From Armatimonadota bacterium (GTDB lineage Bacteria; Armatimonadota; UBA5829; DTLH01), in the NCBI GenBank assembly GCA_039679675.1, contig JBDKUN010000028.1:64001-128000 (forward strand): a stretch of DNA of 64,000 nucleotides, read 5' to 3'. How positions within the stretch are numbered: the first letter of the stretch is position 1; every line of letters begins with the position of its first letter. The notes under the pieces were generated by a model. The model was not told the DNA's origin and made no database searches. It saw nothing but the letters and a program-made list of their open reading frames with translations. This document shows, piece by piece, positions 49,538 to 60,375 of the stretch. Position numbers and translations under genes: made by a program.

Positions 49538-52500
49538 TCAGCTTTCTTCTTCTTTGAGAAGACAGCACTTCTTATACTTCTTGCCGCTGCCGCACGGGCA
49601 TGGGTCGTTCCGGCCAACTTTTCCTGATGACCTGTGCGGTGTCACTTTCGATGTCTGGCCGTTACCGCTTGAGCTCTGACTGTCTCCCGAACCGCTTTCA
49701 ACCACGTTGTAGTACCGTTTGCGGCGCTGCGGTTCCGGCTTTGCCAACTGGACGCGGTATACCCAGCGCACCATGTCTTCCTGGATGCTGTGCTGCATCA
49801 CCATGAACATGTCGTACGCTTCCTTCTTGTAGGCGACTAGCGGGTCCTGCTGCGCGTAACCTCTCAAGGAAATTCCCTCGCGGAGGTAGTCCATCGCCTC
49901 CAGGTGGTCCATCCACCTGTTGTTTATGAGCTGAAGCGAGATGTGGCGCTCGACATCGCGCATTGCGTCTTCGCCGATCTCCTGCTCCTTGTCCTGATAG
50001 GTCCGTTCCGCTACCGCATCGAGTAGGTCGGTGAGTTCCTCGCGCTTCTTGTTTTTGAGATCGGCCGGTTTTGCATAGACTTCAAGCGGGAAGATCTCGT
50101 TCAACGAGCGGAAGAGGGAGTCCGTGTCCCACTCACTCGGATGAACGCCTTCGACGCAGAAAGAGTCGATATTTTCCTGAATTGTCTTCTGCAGATAGTC
50201 CACAATAGTCGGTCTGAGGCTGACTCCTTCCAGAATCATCTTCCTCTGGCCGTAGATCGTCTCGCGCTGGACGTTCATTACATCGTCGTAATCGAGAACG
50301 TGTTTTCTGATGCCGAAGTAGTAAGCTTCGACCTTCTTCTGAGCGCGCTCGATCATCTTTGTGAGTATGCCGGAGTCGAGCGGCTGGTCTTCCTGCCATC
50401 CGCGAAGAAGCGGCGACTGTGTCTTGTCTCCGAAAAGTCTCCAGAGCTCGTCTTCGAGCGATACGAAGAACTTGGCCGAGCCTGGGTCTCCCTGCCGTCC
50501 GGACCGACCACGGAGCTGGTTATCGATACGCCGGCTTTCGTGCCGTTCCGTGCCCAGAATATGCAGTCCGCCCCGGTAGATGACTTCCTTCGATTCGTCG
50601 GTCATCGATTCCCATTTATCGCGGTTCTGCTCAAGCCACGTTTTGAAATCCCAGGACGCGCCAGCGGGGTTGAAGTCACTTTGGGACTGATGCGCCGTCC
50701 CGTCAGCTTCCGCCTGTTCCTGAACCTCACGGCTTCCGCCCAGGATGATGTCTACGCCTCGTCCGGCCATGTTCGTCGCGATAGTCACTGCGCCTTTTCG
50801 ACCGGCTTCGGAGATGATCTGAGCTTCCGACTCGTGGTACTTGGCGTTCAGAACGCTGTGGACTATTCCCTTACTGAGCGCATCAGCGAGCACCGGCAGG
50901 TCGGCTTCGGCTATGCCGAGGACAGCGCCCAGTTCGGTTATGTTCTCAGGCCGCAGCATGTCCGTATTTACGCCCAGGGTCTTGGCAAGCCCCTGAAGCC
51001 TCGGTATGGTAAGTTCGTCGAACCTTTCGTTCAGGAGCGCATGGTACTGTTGCTTCTTCTCCGCGTCCATGTTCTTGGCGTCTTCCAGCTTTCGCCTGAG
51101 CAGAATAGTAGCTCCCAAAAGCTGCAAGCGCTCGGAGATCATCCTGTCGCTCACCCGCTCAGAGACTTCGATTGATCTGGTTCCGACCAGAACAGGCTGC
51201 TGTCTTGTGTAGCACCGCAAAATCTCTTCAGCAATCCCTCGGAACTTGGCTTCTTCCGTCTTGTAAAAGACGTCCGCGTAGTCCTTGCGGATCATCGGCC
51301 GGTTTGTGGGGATTTCTACGACGTCGAGGGCGTAGATCTTCCTGAACTCGTCCTCTTCGGTCATAGCGGTACCGGTCATACCAGCGAGTTTCTTGTAAAG
51401 TCTGAAATAGTTCTGATAGGTGATCGTTGCAAGCGTCTGGTTCTCTTCCTGAATCCTGACGCCTTCTTTTGCTTCTACCGCCTGGTGCAGCCCATCGCTC
51501 CACCTCCGGCCGAACATCAACCGGCCCGTGAACTCGTCTACGATGTGCACCTGGCCGTCTTTTACCACATAGTCGATGTCCCGCTTGAATACCGCGTGGG
51601 CCTTCAATGCGGAGTTCGCGTGCTGCATCAGCTCCAGGTTTTCGGGATCGGTAAGGTTGCCGCAGGCAAAAGCCTCCTCGATCTTTGTGACACCTTCTTC
51701 GGTGAGCATCGCAGTCTTGGCTTTTTCATCGACTGTATAATCTGTTTCTTTGCGGAGCCGGGCTACTACTCGGTCCATTTTGTAATAAAGATCGGTCGAT
51801 TCGCGCGCCTGGCCGGAGATAATGAGTGGTGTCCTGGCTTCGTCGATCAGGATGCTGTCCACCTCGTCCACGATGGCGTAATTGAGCTCCCGCTGCACGA
51901 GTTCGTCCCGGCTAAATGCCATATTGTCGTACAGGTAATCGAACCCGAACTCGCTGTTCGTGCCGTAGGTGATATCCGCCTGGTATGCAAGCCGCCGTCC
52001 GGCCTTGTTTGCAGGGTCGTAGGGGTTATCGTCATCCCCAAGCGGGCGGAGGTGCTCCCACTCATCCGGGTCATCCGGCTCGTAGGTCGGGTCGTAGATG
52101 TAAGATGCCCGGCTTGAGCCTGATTCAGCGCCCTGCCCCTGGATTGCCGCGACCGAGAGGCCGAGGAAGTGGTAAATCGGTCCATACCAACGGGCGTCTC
52201 GTTTTGCCAGATAGTCGTTTACCGTGACCAGGTGAGCGCCTTTGCCTTCAAGGGCATTCAGATAAAGCGCCAGGGTTGCGGTAAGTGTTTTGCCTTCACC
52301 CGTTTTCATCTCAGCGATGCGTCCCTGGTGAAGCACGATAGCGCCGATCATCTGCACGTCGAAGTGGCGTGCCTTATCGGGCCCGAATGTGCGGCAGCCT
52401 GCTTCCCGGACGACAGCAAATGCCTCTGGAAGCAGGTCGTCAAGAGTTTCGCCTGCGGCAAGCCTGTCACGAAACTCTTTTGTCTTGCCGCTGAGCTGCT

Positions 52501-52612
52501 CGTCCGAAAGAGCCTGGATGGCAGGTTCCAGTGCATTGATCTGCTCAACGACTTGCCTGAACTTCTTTATCTCACGCTTGTTAGCGTTAAGTATCATATC
52601 AAGGAAGCCCAT
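49538..52612 (-). CDS. secA: Preprotein translocase ATPase SecA
   Basis: [53 protein letters not shown] motif [18 protein letters not shown]. Confidence 0.98.
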   Translation of the reverse strand: MGFLDMILNANKREIKKFRQVVEQINALEPAIQALSDEQLSGKTKEFRDRLAAGETLDDLLPEAFAVVREAGCRTFGPDKARHFDVQMIGAIVLHQGRIAEMKTGEGKTLTATLALYLNALEGKGAHLVTVNDYLAKRDARWYGPIYHFLGLSVAAIQGQGAESGSSRASYIYDPTYEPDDPDEWEHLRPLGDDDNPYDPANKAGRRLAYQADITYGTNSEFGFDYLYDNMAFSRDELVQRELNYAIVDEVDSILIDEARTPLIISGQARESTDLYYKMDRVVARLRKETDYTVDEKAKTAMLTEEGVTKIEEAFACGNLTDPENLELMQHANSALKAHAVFKRDIDYVVKDGQVHIVDEFTGRLMFGRRWSDGLHQAVEAKEGVRIQEENQTLATITYQNYFRLYKKLAGMTGTAMTEEDEFRKIYALDVVEIPTNRPMIRKDYADVFYKTEEAKFRGIAEEILRCYTRQQPVLVGTRSIEVSERVSDRMISERLQLLGATILLRRKLEDAKNMDAEKKQQYHALLNERFDELTIPRLQGLAKTLGVNTDMLRPENITELGAVLGIAEADLPVLADALSKGIVHSVLNAKYHESEAQIISEAGRKGAVTIATNMAGRGVDIILGGSREVQEQAEADGTAHQSQSDFNPAGASWDFKTWLEQNRDKWESMTDESKEVIYRGGLHILGTERHESRRIDNQLRGRSGRQGDPGSAKFFVSLEDELWRLFGDKTQSPLLRGWQEDQPLDSGILTKMIERAQKKVEAYYFGIRKHVLDYDDVMNVQRETIYGQRKMILEGVSLRPTIVDYLQKTIQENIDSFCVEGVHPSEWDTDSLFRSLNEIFPLEVYAKPADLKNKKREELTDLLDAVAERTYQDKEQEIGEDAMRDVERHISLQLINNRWMDHLEAMDYLREGISLRGYAQQDPLVAYKKEAYDMFMVMQHSIQEDMVRWVYRVQLAKPEPQRRKRYYNVVESGSGDSQSSSGNGQTSKVTPHRSSGKVGRNDPCPCGSGKKYKKCCLLKEEES

Positions 52613-52749
52613 GTGTATCTCCGTTGCGAGGGGAATGCGACAAAGAAAAGGGAACCTTGGGGACTGACAGCTTAATCAGCTTCCCGTAGTTCCCTGAAAT
52701 TCCCTCACCTATATTGGTTAAACTGTGAATTAATGTTACCACGCGAGCG

Positions 52750-54357
52750 TCAGATTGTCAAATTCTCGCGGGCTCCAGCCCGCTCCCTTATCAGCGCTTC
52801 AACACGGGTATTTTCGCCGCCGACAGCTATCATCGCTCTTAACTTCATCGACCTGTCGATGCCTGTTATGCTCAGCTTAAAGGAGTTTGTATCTTTGGCA
52901 GGCCGGATGTAATCTGATGCATCGATCCCGTCTACTATCAGCTTTACCGAGCTTACATCCAGCTTTCCACCGCCTGCTGTCTTTTTAAAGACTACATCGT
53001 ATTGTGCTGCGTTTTTGCAGATAGACATCAGATCGATCTCCACGCACGAGCCGCTCTTTCTGATTTCATCCGCGCTCCATTCACCGGCCTTAATATAGTC
53101 CGGCTGCCGTGTTTTTACTGCCGGAGCGGCATCAGCGCCGGTGTTATATGCAGCCAGACTCCGGATGATCGGCTGTCCGGCGGACTCTGTACATCTGAAC
53201 CGGACCATGGAGACAGTCACCGGGCTGAACCGGTCGATTTTCTTGTGGCCTATTGCGCTCCCACGGCAGATTTCGACCCATTTGCCATCCGTCATTCCTT
53301 CTATAACGTATGAGCGGACCCGTTCTCCCTCTGTTATGTCTTCCATTGTTATCACATGGTCGATGGTCTGCGGCTTGCCGAGGTCGAGCGTTACTTCGTC
53401 TCTCACTCCATTCGTCTCAGCGAGGGATTTGCCGAACCGCTTCATTATTTCAGCGCCGAACTCAACGGACCGCCTTGCATCGGCTTCGGGAATGGCTCCT
53501 GTAGTGTCAGGAGTATTATTCAACAGCAGGACAGCGCCATGGCCGACCGAGCCATAATACATGCCCATAAGATGGTCGACACTTTTCAGCGTATCGGCAT
53601 TGGTTGTATTCCAAAACCAGTCCCTTCGGATTCTGGCGTCGCACTCTATGGGAAGCCACACATCGCCGTCCGGATTGCTGTGCTCGGATGTTGCGTTGAG
53701 GGTCTCGGCATCTGCTTTCGAAACGGCGTTCCAGGTTGGATAAGGGGCGATACCTTCCTCGTTGCCTACCCACCGGATCGAGGTGTGCGGCCCCTGGAAG
53801 ATTACTGCATTGGGAGCATACTGCGTGAGTATGTCGCCGACTTCCGTCACTATGCTGCCGTCGAACCAGACTTCCATCATCTCGCCATACCAGCTGAGGA
53901 GCTCCGTCAACTGCTCCCGGTACAGTTCGTTATAAGCTTCCTGCTCTTCAGGGGTTTTGCATCTTCCACCCACAGTAGCGCCGTGCTTTCCGTCGGCTGG
54001 AGACAGGTAGACTCCGAGCTTCATCCCCCGCTTCGCGCACGACAAAGCGAGGTCCGCCATGACATCTCCCTTCCCGCCTTTCCACGGGGTATTTTTCACG
54101 CTGTAGTCCGTGGTTTCAGTCTGCCACCAGCAGAAACCGCCCGCATGCTTGGCAACGAAGACGATATACTTCGCGCCGAGGCTCTCAGCTACGCGTACCC
54201 ACTCGTCTGTATCGAGCCGGGTAGGGTTTATCTCCTCCAGCGGCGTGGAAAGATCGTCTCCTTCTTTGTCCTGCCAGGTATTTGGTGCAAAGTGGATAAA
54301 CATCCCGATTTCCAGGTCCTGCCACGCAGCCTGTTCAGGAGTAGGCCGTGCTAACAT
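52750..54357 (-). CDS. Alpha-L-fucosidase (GH29) with C-terminal F5/8-like module
   Basis: GMFIHF, AKHAGGFCWW, YLSPAD, EVWFDG, RWVGNEEG, SVGHGAVLLLN. Confidence 0.92.
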   Translation of the reverse strand: MLARPTPEQAAWQDLEIGMFIHFAPNTWQDKEGDDLSTPLEEINPTRLDTDEWVRVAESLGAKYIVFVAKHAGGFCWWQTETTDYSVKNTPWKGGKGDVMADLALSCAKRGMKLGVYLSPADGKHGATVGGRCKTPEEQEAYNELYREQLTELLSWYGEMMEVWFDGSIVTEVGDILTQYAPNAVIFQGPHTSIRWVGNEEGIAPYPTWNAVSKADAETLNATSEHSNPDGDVWLPIECDARIRRDWFWNTTNADTLKSVDHLMGMYYGSVGHGAVLLLNNTPDTTGAIPEADARRSVEFGAEIMKRFGKSLAETNGVRDEVTLDLGKPQTIDHVITMEDITEGERVRSYVIEGMTDGKWVEICRGSAIGHKKIDRFSPVTVSMVRFRCTESAGQPIIRSLAAYNTGADAAPAVKTRQPDYIKAGEWSADEIRKSGSCVEIDLMSICKNAAQYDVVFKKTAGGGKLDVSSVKLIVDGIDASDYIRPAKDTNSFKLSITGIDRSMKLRAMIAVGGENTRVEALIRERAGARENLTI

Positions 54358-54553
54358 GGTGAAATTACCTCTTTCATCCTGCCGGAAGCAGGGTAAATAA
54401 TGTGTTAATCAATGTAGTATCTATATGGTTGTTCCAGAGTCGCATTTGTTCTTCCTTCCTTAAAAAACGGAAGATATTCGGCTGAGAAGGAGTATAGCAG
54501 GCGGTGTCGAATACTGATATAACACTTCAAACAAAAGATTGGAGGCTCCTTAA

Positions 54554-55462
54554 ATGAAACCGTTTCTGACATTTATGTTGATTTTGCTCACAGCAGTGTC
54601 GGTGATAGCTGCGGACACCACAGCTCCGGCGGTTGCTCCCGCGAAGGACAAAACTATAACGATCGATGTGAAGGACAAGCCGGTGGCGGATGTGCTGAAG
54701 GACATAGCGGCGTCCACAGGGCAGACGATCCTCGTCGAGAAGCTGGTCGACGGCAAGATAACCGCCAACATCAAGGATACGACAGTCGAGAAGGCGCTCG
54801 ATACCTTAACAAAGATACTCGGCCTTGAGTGGCGCAAGGTCCAGGTCGTGACGGGATCGTCACTTTCGAAAGATGCGGACGCACTCGCATCTCAGATGAG
54901 GACAGTCCTTTCTCTGAAATTCCCGGATATGCTAATATCCCCGGCAGGCGCGGGCGGATCGTTCGTCCATGTCCAGGGAGAGGCCGCAGCCAAAGAGATC
55001 ACAAAGACGGTCCCGTCTCCGGCCGGATTTACTACAGTGTACCTCGTGACCGATGACGAAAAGGCCTACAAGCAGGAGCTGAAGGACGAATCCAAGAAAA
55101 AGGTCGCAAAGTACGCGGCAGCCTGCAAGGAAATGATGGAGATGTTCCTCTCTATGACCCCGGAAGAGCGCGCAGCGGCGCTCAAGGAGAGCATGGGCGT
55201 GATGAGTCAGCTCGGGCCGGAGGCTATGGTTGATATGATGAACTCGATGCAGGACATCGATCCGAGCTACATGGCTGAGATGAGCAAAGCAGCAATGCAG
55301 GCGATGTTCAGCATGGACCCGGAGGCACGAAAGAACATGCTCAGGTCTCAGATGCAGCAGCAGATGGAGCTAATAAAGTCGCTCAACCCGGAACAGCTTC
55401 AGCAGTTCCAAAAAGATGCCGCTGAGGTAGCCGCCGAAATGATGGGCGGAGGGGGAAACTAG
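54554..55462 (+). CDS. Exported protein with secretin/TonB N-terminal (STN-like) domain and Met-rich tail
   Basis: Signal peptide; ITIDVKDKPVADVLKDIA...GKITANIKDTTVEKAL. Confidence 0.65.
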   Translation: MKPFLTFMLILLTAVSVIAADTTAPAVAPAKDKTITIDVKDKPVADVLKDIAASTGQTILVEKLVDGKITANIKDTTVEKALDTLTKILGLEWRKVQVVTGSSLSKDADALASQMRTVLSLKFPDMLISPAGAGGSFVHVQGEAAAKEITKTVPSPAGFTTVYLVTDDEKAYKQELKDESKKKVAKYAAACKEMMEMFLSMTPEERAAALKESMGVMSQLGPEAMVDMMNSMQDIDPSYMAEMSKAAMQAMFSMDPEARKNMLRSQMQQQMELIKSLNPEQLQQFQKDAAEVAAEMMGGGGN

Positions 55463-55545
55463 GATTTTAGGGTTCAGGATTTAGTGGAGTTGGTAGATAT
55501 TTGCACCAATTCTCCCCAAATCCTGAATCCTGCATTCAAAATCCT
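55461..55545. repeat. Inverted pair of 7-bp periodic repeats between convergent genes
   Basis: aggattttagggttcaggattt ... aaatcctgaatcctgcattcaaaatcct. Confidence 0.6.
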
Positions 55546-55550
55546 TCATT

Positions 55551-58505
55551 TTACTGTCCGGCAGTCTTCGACTGTGGCTCCAGCCGCTTGATCGCCTCGG
55601 TGGCTTTCTCATTTGCCGGGTCTGTCTTCTTTATCTTTTTGTACTTGTCAAGCGCCTCAGCAGTCTTGCCGCATTTTTCGAGAAGCGCGGCGTATTTCAT
55701 CTGGTATACAGGGTTATCGAACTTCTCAAGGAACGCTTTGTATTCAGAAGCCGCGTCTTCCGGCTTATTTTGGCTCTCATAGATATCGCCGAGCACAGAG
55801 TGGACATCGCAGTTGCCGTTTGGGTCTGCATCGATCAGTTTTTTACATAGATCGATGGCTTTCTGGTGCTCACCCACCTCCTGCAGCCAATAAACGAGCG
55901 TCAAATTGAGCCCGCGGTCCTTATCCCGTTCAGGAAGGAGTGTCTCAAGGAAGGCTATCCCTTCATTGACCTTGTTTACGGACTTGTACTCTGTCATCAG
56001 GAAGCTGTAGAGCGGAATCTGGCTGGAATTCTTTACCGTTTCATTGAGAAACTCCAGCCACTCTTTCTCCTGGTTTTTGTCCTTATAAATCCTGCTGAGC
56101 TGGTTCAGCGCTGTCCCGTTCGACGGCTGCAATTTGAGCACCTGTTTGAGCTCATCTGCGGCCTGGTCTGCCTTCCCCTGCTTTACATGAATATCAGCCA
56201 TCGCAGCCAGTGCATCAGCTTTTGTCTGCGGGTCCTTGGAAGCCTCGGTGTAGACCGCCAGAGCCTCATCCAGCCGTTGTTTTTCCAGGAGCATTGCGCC
56301 GAGTTCCATCCTGATCAAAGCTGCACCGGGGCTGTTCTGGCTGATCTGTTTCTTGTATTCTTCTATGGCTTCGTCCGTTTTTCCGGCTGTCGCCAGCAGC
56401 TTTCCGAGATCAGCCGGGCTGGTATACTGCGGATGTGACGCGGATAACTCCTTCTGATACTCGATAGCCTTGTCATACCGTTCGGCGCGTCTATTCAGTT
56501 CGATCAGGCTCCGAAGTGCATCCGGGTTCTTGCTGTCGAACGTAAGGATCTTCTCATATACTTTGACTGCTTCATCCGGCTTCAGCCTTTTTTCGAAGAA
56601 CCCTGCCAGAGCCTCATACGCTGCCGAATTCTTCGGGTTCGCCTCGCAGGTCTTTTCAAGCTCCGCCTGGGCTTCATCCATTTTGCCCATCGATTCGAAC
56701 GCGTTTGCGGTGAGAATGTGAGGCTGGATGTTCTTGGGGTCGATCGCTGCCGCCTCTCGATACTTAGCGATAGCTTCTTCTTTCTTGCCCTGTCTCGACA
56801 GCAGATTTCCGATGCAATCGATTGAGGTCGCATCTTTCGGGTTTACCTTCAGAATCTCCTCAAACTGTGCGATAGCGAGGTCGATATTTTTCTGCCTCAC
56901 GTAATAGTCCGCCATGCGCTTGCGCGGTTCCGGGTTCTTGGGGTCCAGTGCGATAAGTTTCTGCCAGTACCCGGCGGCTTTATCCGGGTCATTCACCTGA
57001 TCGGCAATCTGGTCCAGGCACTGGAATGCCGTCTCGTCTTTGGGATTCTTCTCGAGTATTTTGAAGCATTCCGCAGCGGCCTCGTCGAACTTTTTCTCCT
57101 CGATCATGATATTGATGATCTGGCCTTCCGGCGACGAAAACTCTGACGATTCAGTGGCGCCTTTCGGCATTTCGGCGGACATCCGCTGGTACAGCTCTAT
57201 GGCCTTGTCGTAATCTTTCCTGTCGCGGTACATCCTGGCCAAGGCGCTCATAGCCATTTGGTTTTTGGGGTTTTTCTTGAGAATTGCCTGGTATTCGCGC
57301 TCCGCTTCGGGGTATTTCTTAGCCACCGAATAGTCGGAAGCAATCCTAATGGGCAGGCTCTCATCCTTTGGATTCTGGTCAGCTGCGATCCTGAGGTATT
57401 TTACCGCGTCCTCGAACTTCCCCTGCTGCTCAAATAGTTCGCCCAGCGCAACCGCAATGAAAGAGCTTTTCGGGTCTATGTCCAGGGCAGCTTTATAGTG
57501 CTTCTCAGCCGTGGCGAAGTCTTTTAGCTGGGTTTCGGCCAGTGCAAGGTTATATTTCGCACCTGCATTTTGTGGGGCTGACATGCAGGCGTTATAGAAA
57601 TACTTCTTGGCGGATGCGAAATCCCCTTTTTCATATGCATATCTTCCTAGTGCGGTCGAGGCGGTGAAATTCTTCCCATCCACAGCCAGAAGGCCGTTCC
57701 AGTATTTGACAGCCTTTTCCTGATAAGTGGTTTTGGTTTTAGCATCCTTGCTCAACAAGGCTTTGTGCTCGTAGGCCTCTGCCAGCCCTAAAAGTGCCAT
57801 GGAGTCTTTCGGATCAGCCTTGCGGATGATGATCAGATGCTTTATGACTTCATCGGACTTGCCCAACCTGGCGGCGAGGTCCGCGGCAACGCGGCGTGTG
57901 TCCATGTCTGAGGGTGAAGCGGCCAGTATACGGTTGTATTGGGAAAGCGCCTGGCTGTAATCTTTGAGTTTGAGATAGCACCATGCCAAGTTGCGTCGCG
58001 CAGCCAGGTCATTGGGGTTCAGAGCAACAAATTTCTTGAATTGCGCCGCCGCGCCGTTATAGTCCTCTTCTTTTACGGCTATGATCCCCAATGTAAAGAT
58101 CGCCGCCGAGTTTCGCGGGTCGATCTTTACGGCTTTTCGGGCGTATTCTTCCGCTTTGCTCAATTGGTTTTTCGAGAAGTAAATCCGGGAGATTTCCGAT
58201 AACACCTGGGTGTTTTTAGGATTGAGCCCGGACAGCTTGATGAGCAGCGGAAGAGCTGCATCCGGGCTGTTTTTTGCCAGGTAGATGCTGGACAGGTTCA
58301 GCAAAGCAGGTTGAAGTTTCGGGTCGGCAGCAATCGCCTGTTTATACTCGACAATTGCAGCATCTATTTTACCGCTTTTATGTAGACCCAGTGCCTTGTT
58401 GAAGTGGTCGGCTGCAGGGCTTTTGGGCTGGCAAAGAGCGCCGATGGAAAACACAAATGTGAACAGCAAAGCCGCAGACGCGCAAAACACGCCTCGTTTG
58501 AGCAT
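55551..58505 (-). CDS. Large exported tetratricopeptide-repeat protein
   Basis: Signal peptide followed by TPR-like units over ~950 aa (A...Y.KAL..DP.N pattern). Confidence 0.92.
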   Translation of the reverse strand: MLKRGVFCASAALLFTFVFSIGALCQPKSPAADHFNKALGLHKSGKIDAAIVEYKQAIAADPKLQPALLNLSSIYLAKNSPDAALPLLIKLSGLNPKNTQVLSEISRIYFSKNQLSKAEEYARKAVKIDPRNSAAIFTLGIIAVKEEDYNGAAAQFKKFVALNPNDLAARRNLAWCYLKLKDYSQALSQYNRILAASPSDMDTRRVAADLAARLGKSDEVIKHLIIIRKADPKDSMALLGLAEAYEHKALLSKDAKTKTTYQEKAVKYWNGLLAVDGKNFTASTALGRYAYEKGDFASAKKYFYNACMSAPQNAGAKYNLALAETQLKDFATAEKHYKAALDIDPKSSFIAVALGELFEQQGKFEDAVKYLRIAADQNPKDESLPIRIASDYSVAKKYPEAEREYQAILKKNPKNQMAMSALARMYRDRKDYDKAIELYQRMSAEMPKGATESSEFSSPEGQIINIMIEEKKFDEAAAECFKILEKNPKDETAFQCLDQIADQVNDPDKAAGYWQKLIALDPKNPEPRKRMADYYVRQKNIDLAIAQFEEILKVNPKDATSIDCIGNLLSRQGKKEEAIAKYREAAAIDPKNIQPHILTANAFESMGKMDEAQAELEKTCEANPKNSAAYEALAGFFEKRLKPDEAVKVYEKILTFDSKNPDALRSLIELNRRAERYDKAIEYQKELSASHPQYTSPADLGKLLATAGKTDEAIEEYKKQISQNSPGAALIRMELGAMLLEKQRLDEALAVYTEASKDPQTKADALAAMADIHVKQGKADQAADELKQVLKLQPSNGTALNQLSRIYKDKNQEKEWLEFLNETVKNSSQIPLYSFLMTEYKSVNKVNEGIAFLETLLPERDKDRGLNLTLVYWLQEVGEHQKAIDLCKKLIDADPNGNCDVHSVLGDIYESQNKPEDAASEYKAFLEKFDNPVYQMKYAALLEKCGKTAEALDKYKKIKKTDPANEKATEAIKRLEPQSKTAGQ

Positions 58506-58597
58506 TATTATCTCTCCTTGAACCAAATTTTACTGACGAAATTTTAGGCCCAGCCGTAGTAAAAGTCAACCAAACGGCTGGGTTAAAGGGAACGGGG

Positions 58598-59635
58598 TTA
58601 AGAGATGGCGGAATCCTGCATTCTGTCCTGAAGCGGATCGGGAATAGGCATTAAAATCGGCGGATCAGCCTCGCGCAGACGGCGGATGATCGAAAGGATC
58701 AACTTGTCAGTGGAGGCATCCTGTGACTCGTCAAAAGGTATCATTACTTCTTTTTTTCCATTTTTGATATACAGAGCATAACCCCACAAGCTGGTGTTCC
58801 AGTTGACGAATCCCATATCCGACCAATCGAACACTACAGTCTTATTGGCTATTTCAACAGATAAAGCGTCCTCTCTTACACTAACCTGCCTCGCAGTTTT
58901 TCTCATTGGCCAGATATATAGCATATATATCCACATTCCAGGACCGATTAGAAATAACCATTGGTACCACAAACCACGAATGCCTAAAATTATAATAAAT
59001 ACGCATAATATAACAAATGTTATGGACCAAGGCAGGAGTATTGGCAGGTCCTTCATCGTGATTCTTGGGAGTCTCGGATTTACCCAGTCCACTTCATGCG
59101 GGGTATCAGCCGGAATTTCCATCCAGAGTGATTTCATCTGGGGTGTAGGCTTAAAGCTGGCCGGACTGTTTATCTCAGCAAGGTGTTGCCAGATGGATGC
59201 GCCAAAGGTAACGAGAACTTGATCGGGCACTGCGGACAGTTTAAGCTCACCTATATCCGTCAGAAGTACAAACGATTGTGTGCTTATCACTTCCCTGATC
59301 TGCGTCCATTCAATAAGTCTACACCTAAAGAGCCCTTTTATCAGGATCCCGCGCGGACTAGTTTCCCAATAGAAATCCGCTCGTATGGTATTGAAGAACC
59401 AGACAATTATTCCAATGCTGATGATAAGCATCAGTCCGGCGACAGTAATCGAGAATTTGGGATGTTTCGTTCCTGTAGATATCGCAACGACTAAAATCAT
59501 AAGCGGAAAAAACAGAAGACATATAAGAAGCGCGACTGAAATAAGGGCATGTCTGCGTGCAGCCGCACGAAAGCTCTTTGCCGTCCGTACAGACTCAAGC
59601 GCCGGAAGATAGGGTGCGTTTTCCGTTTTCTCCAA
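58598..59635 (-). CDS. Hypothetical membrane protein (two TM-hairpin plus PH-like modules)
   Basis: Repeated 2TM + I.W..I pattern; starts 3 nt after the pyrF stop. Confidence 0.6.
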   Translation of the reverse strand: MEKTENAPYLPALESVRTAKSFRAAARRHALISVALLICLLFFPLMILVVAISTGTKHPKFSITVAGLMLIISIGIIVWFFNTIRADFYWETSPRGILIKGLFRCRLIEWTQIREVISTQSFVLLTDIGELKLSAVPDQVLVTFGASIWQHLAEINSPASFKPTPQMKSLWMEIPADTPHEVDWVNPRLPRITMKDLPILLPWSITFVILCVFIIILGIRGLWYQWLFLIGPGMWIYMLYIWPMRKTARQVSVREDALSVEIANKTVVFDWSDMGFVNWNTSLWGYALYIKNGKKEVMIPFDESQDASTDKLILSIIRRLREADPPILMPIPDPLQDRMQDSAIS

Positions 59636-59638
59636 TGT

Positions 59639-60364
59639 CTACACCTCTGCCGCACTCATCTCCGCAGCTATCTTTCTTGCTGCTTCGGCGGGATTTTCGG
59701 CGCGGGTAATCGGGCGGCCGATCACGAGATAGCTCGATCCGGTGCGGATGGCATCCGCGGGGGTCATTACGCGCTTCTGGTCGCCCACATCGGCTCCGGC
59801 AGGACGGACTCCGGGGGTTACAATGAGAAAGTCCGGGCCGGTGACATCTCTTATATACTTCACTTCGTTCGGGGACGCCACTACGCCGTCCAAGCCTGCC
59901 GACTGAGCAAGCTGGGCAAGGTGCATGACCTGGTTCACAAGGCCCGATGCGACTCTCAGCTCGTCGGTGAGGGTCATATTATCGATGCTGGTAAGGATCG
60001 TCACCCCGATCAGCTTGGGAGGGTCGATGCCGAGCTTCGCAGCTTCTTCTTTTGCGGCTTCGGCGGCGGCACGCATCATTGCGCAACCCCCGCTTGCATG
60101 CACGTTCAGCATCCAGACGTTGTTTCGGACGGCAGCGCGGACAGCGGAGGCCACAGTGTTCGGAATATCGTGGAATTTGGCATCGTAGAATATTTTTTCG
60201 GCCCCGGCAGCTTTCAGCTCATCGAAAATAGCCGGTCCGGTGACATTAAAGAGCTCCAACCCTACTTTGAACGCTCCGACTTCACCCTTAAGGCTCTTTA
60301 CAAGCTCAACAGCCTTTTCCGCACTGTCCACATCCAGCGCCACGATGATTCTATCCTTACTCAA
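59639..60364 (-). CDS. pyrF: Orotidine-5'-phosphate decarboxylase
   Basis: IVALD, DAKFHDIPNTV, VTPGVRP, DQKRVMTP, VIGRPI. Confidence 0.97.
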   Translation of the reverse strand: MSKDRIIVALDVDSAEKAVELVKSLKGEVGAFKVGLELFNVTGPAIFDELKAAGAEKIFYDAKFHDIPNTVASAVRAAVRNNVWMLNVHASGGCAMMRAAAEAAKEEAAKLGIDPPKLIGVTILTSIDNMTLTDELRVASGLVNQVMHLAQLAQSAGLDGVVASPNEVKYIRDVTGPDFLIVTPGVRPAGADVGDQKRVMTPADAIRTGSSYLVIGRPITRAENPAEAARKIAAEMSAAEV

Positions 60365-60375
60365 ACTTTTTCTCC

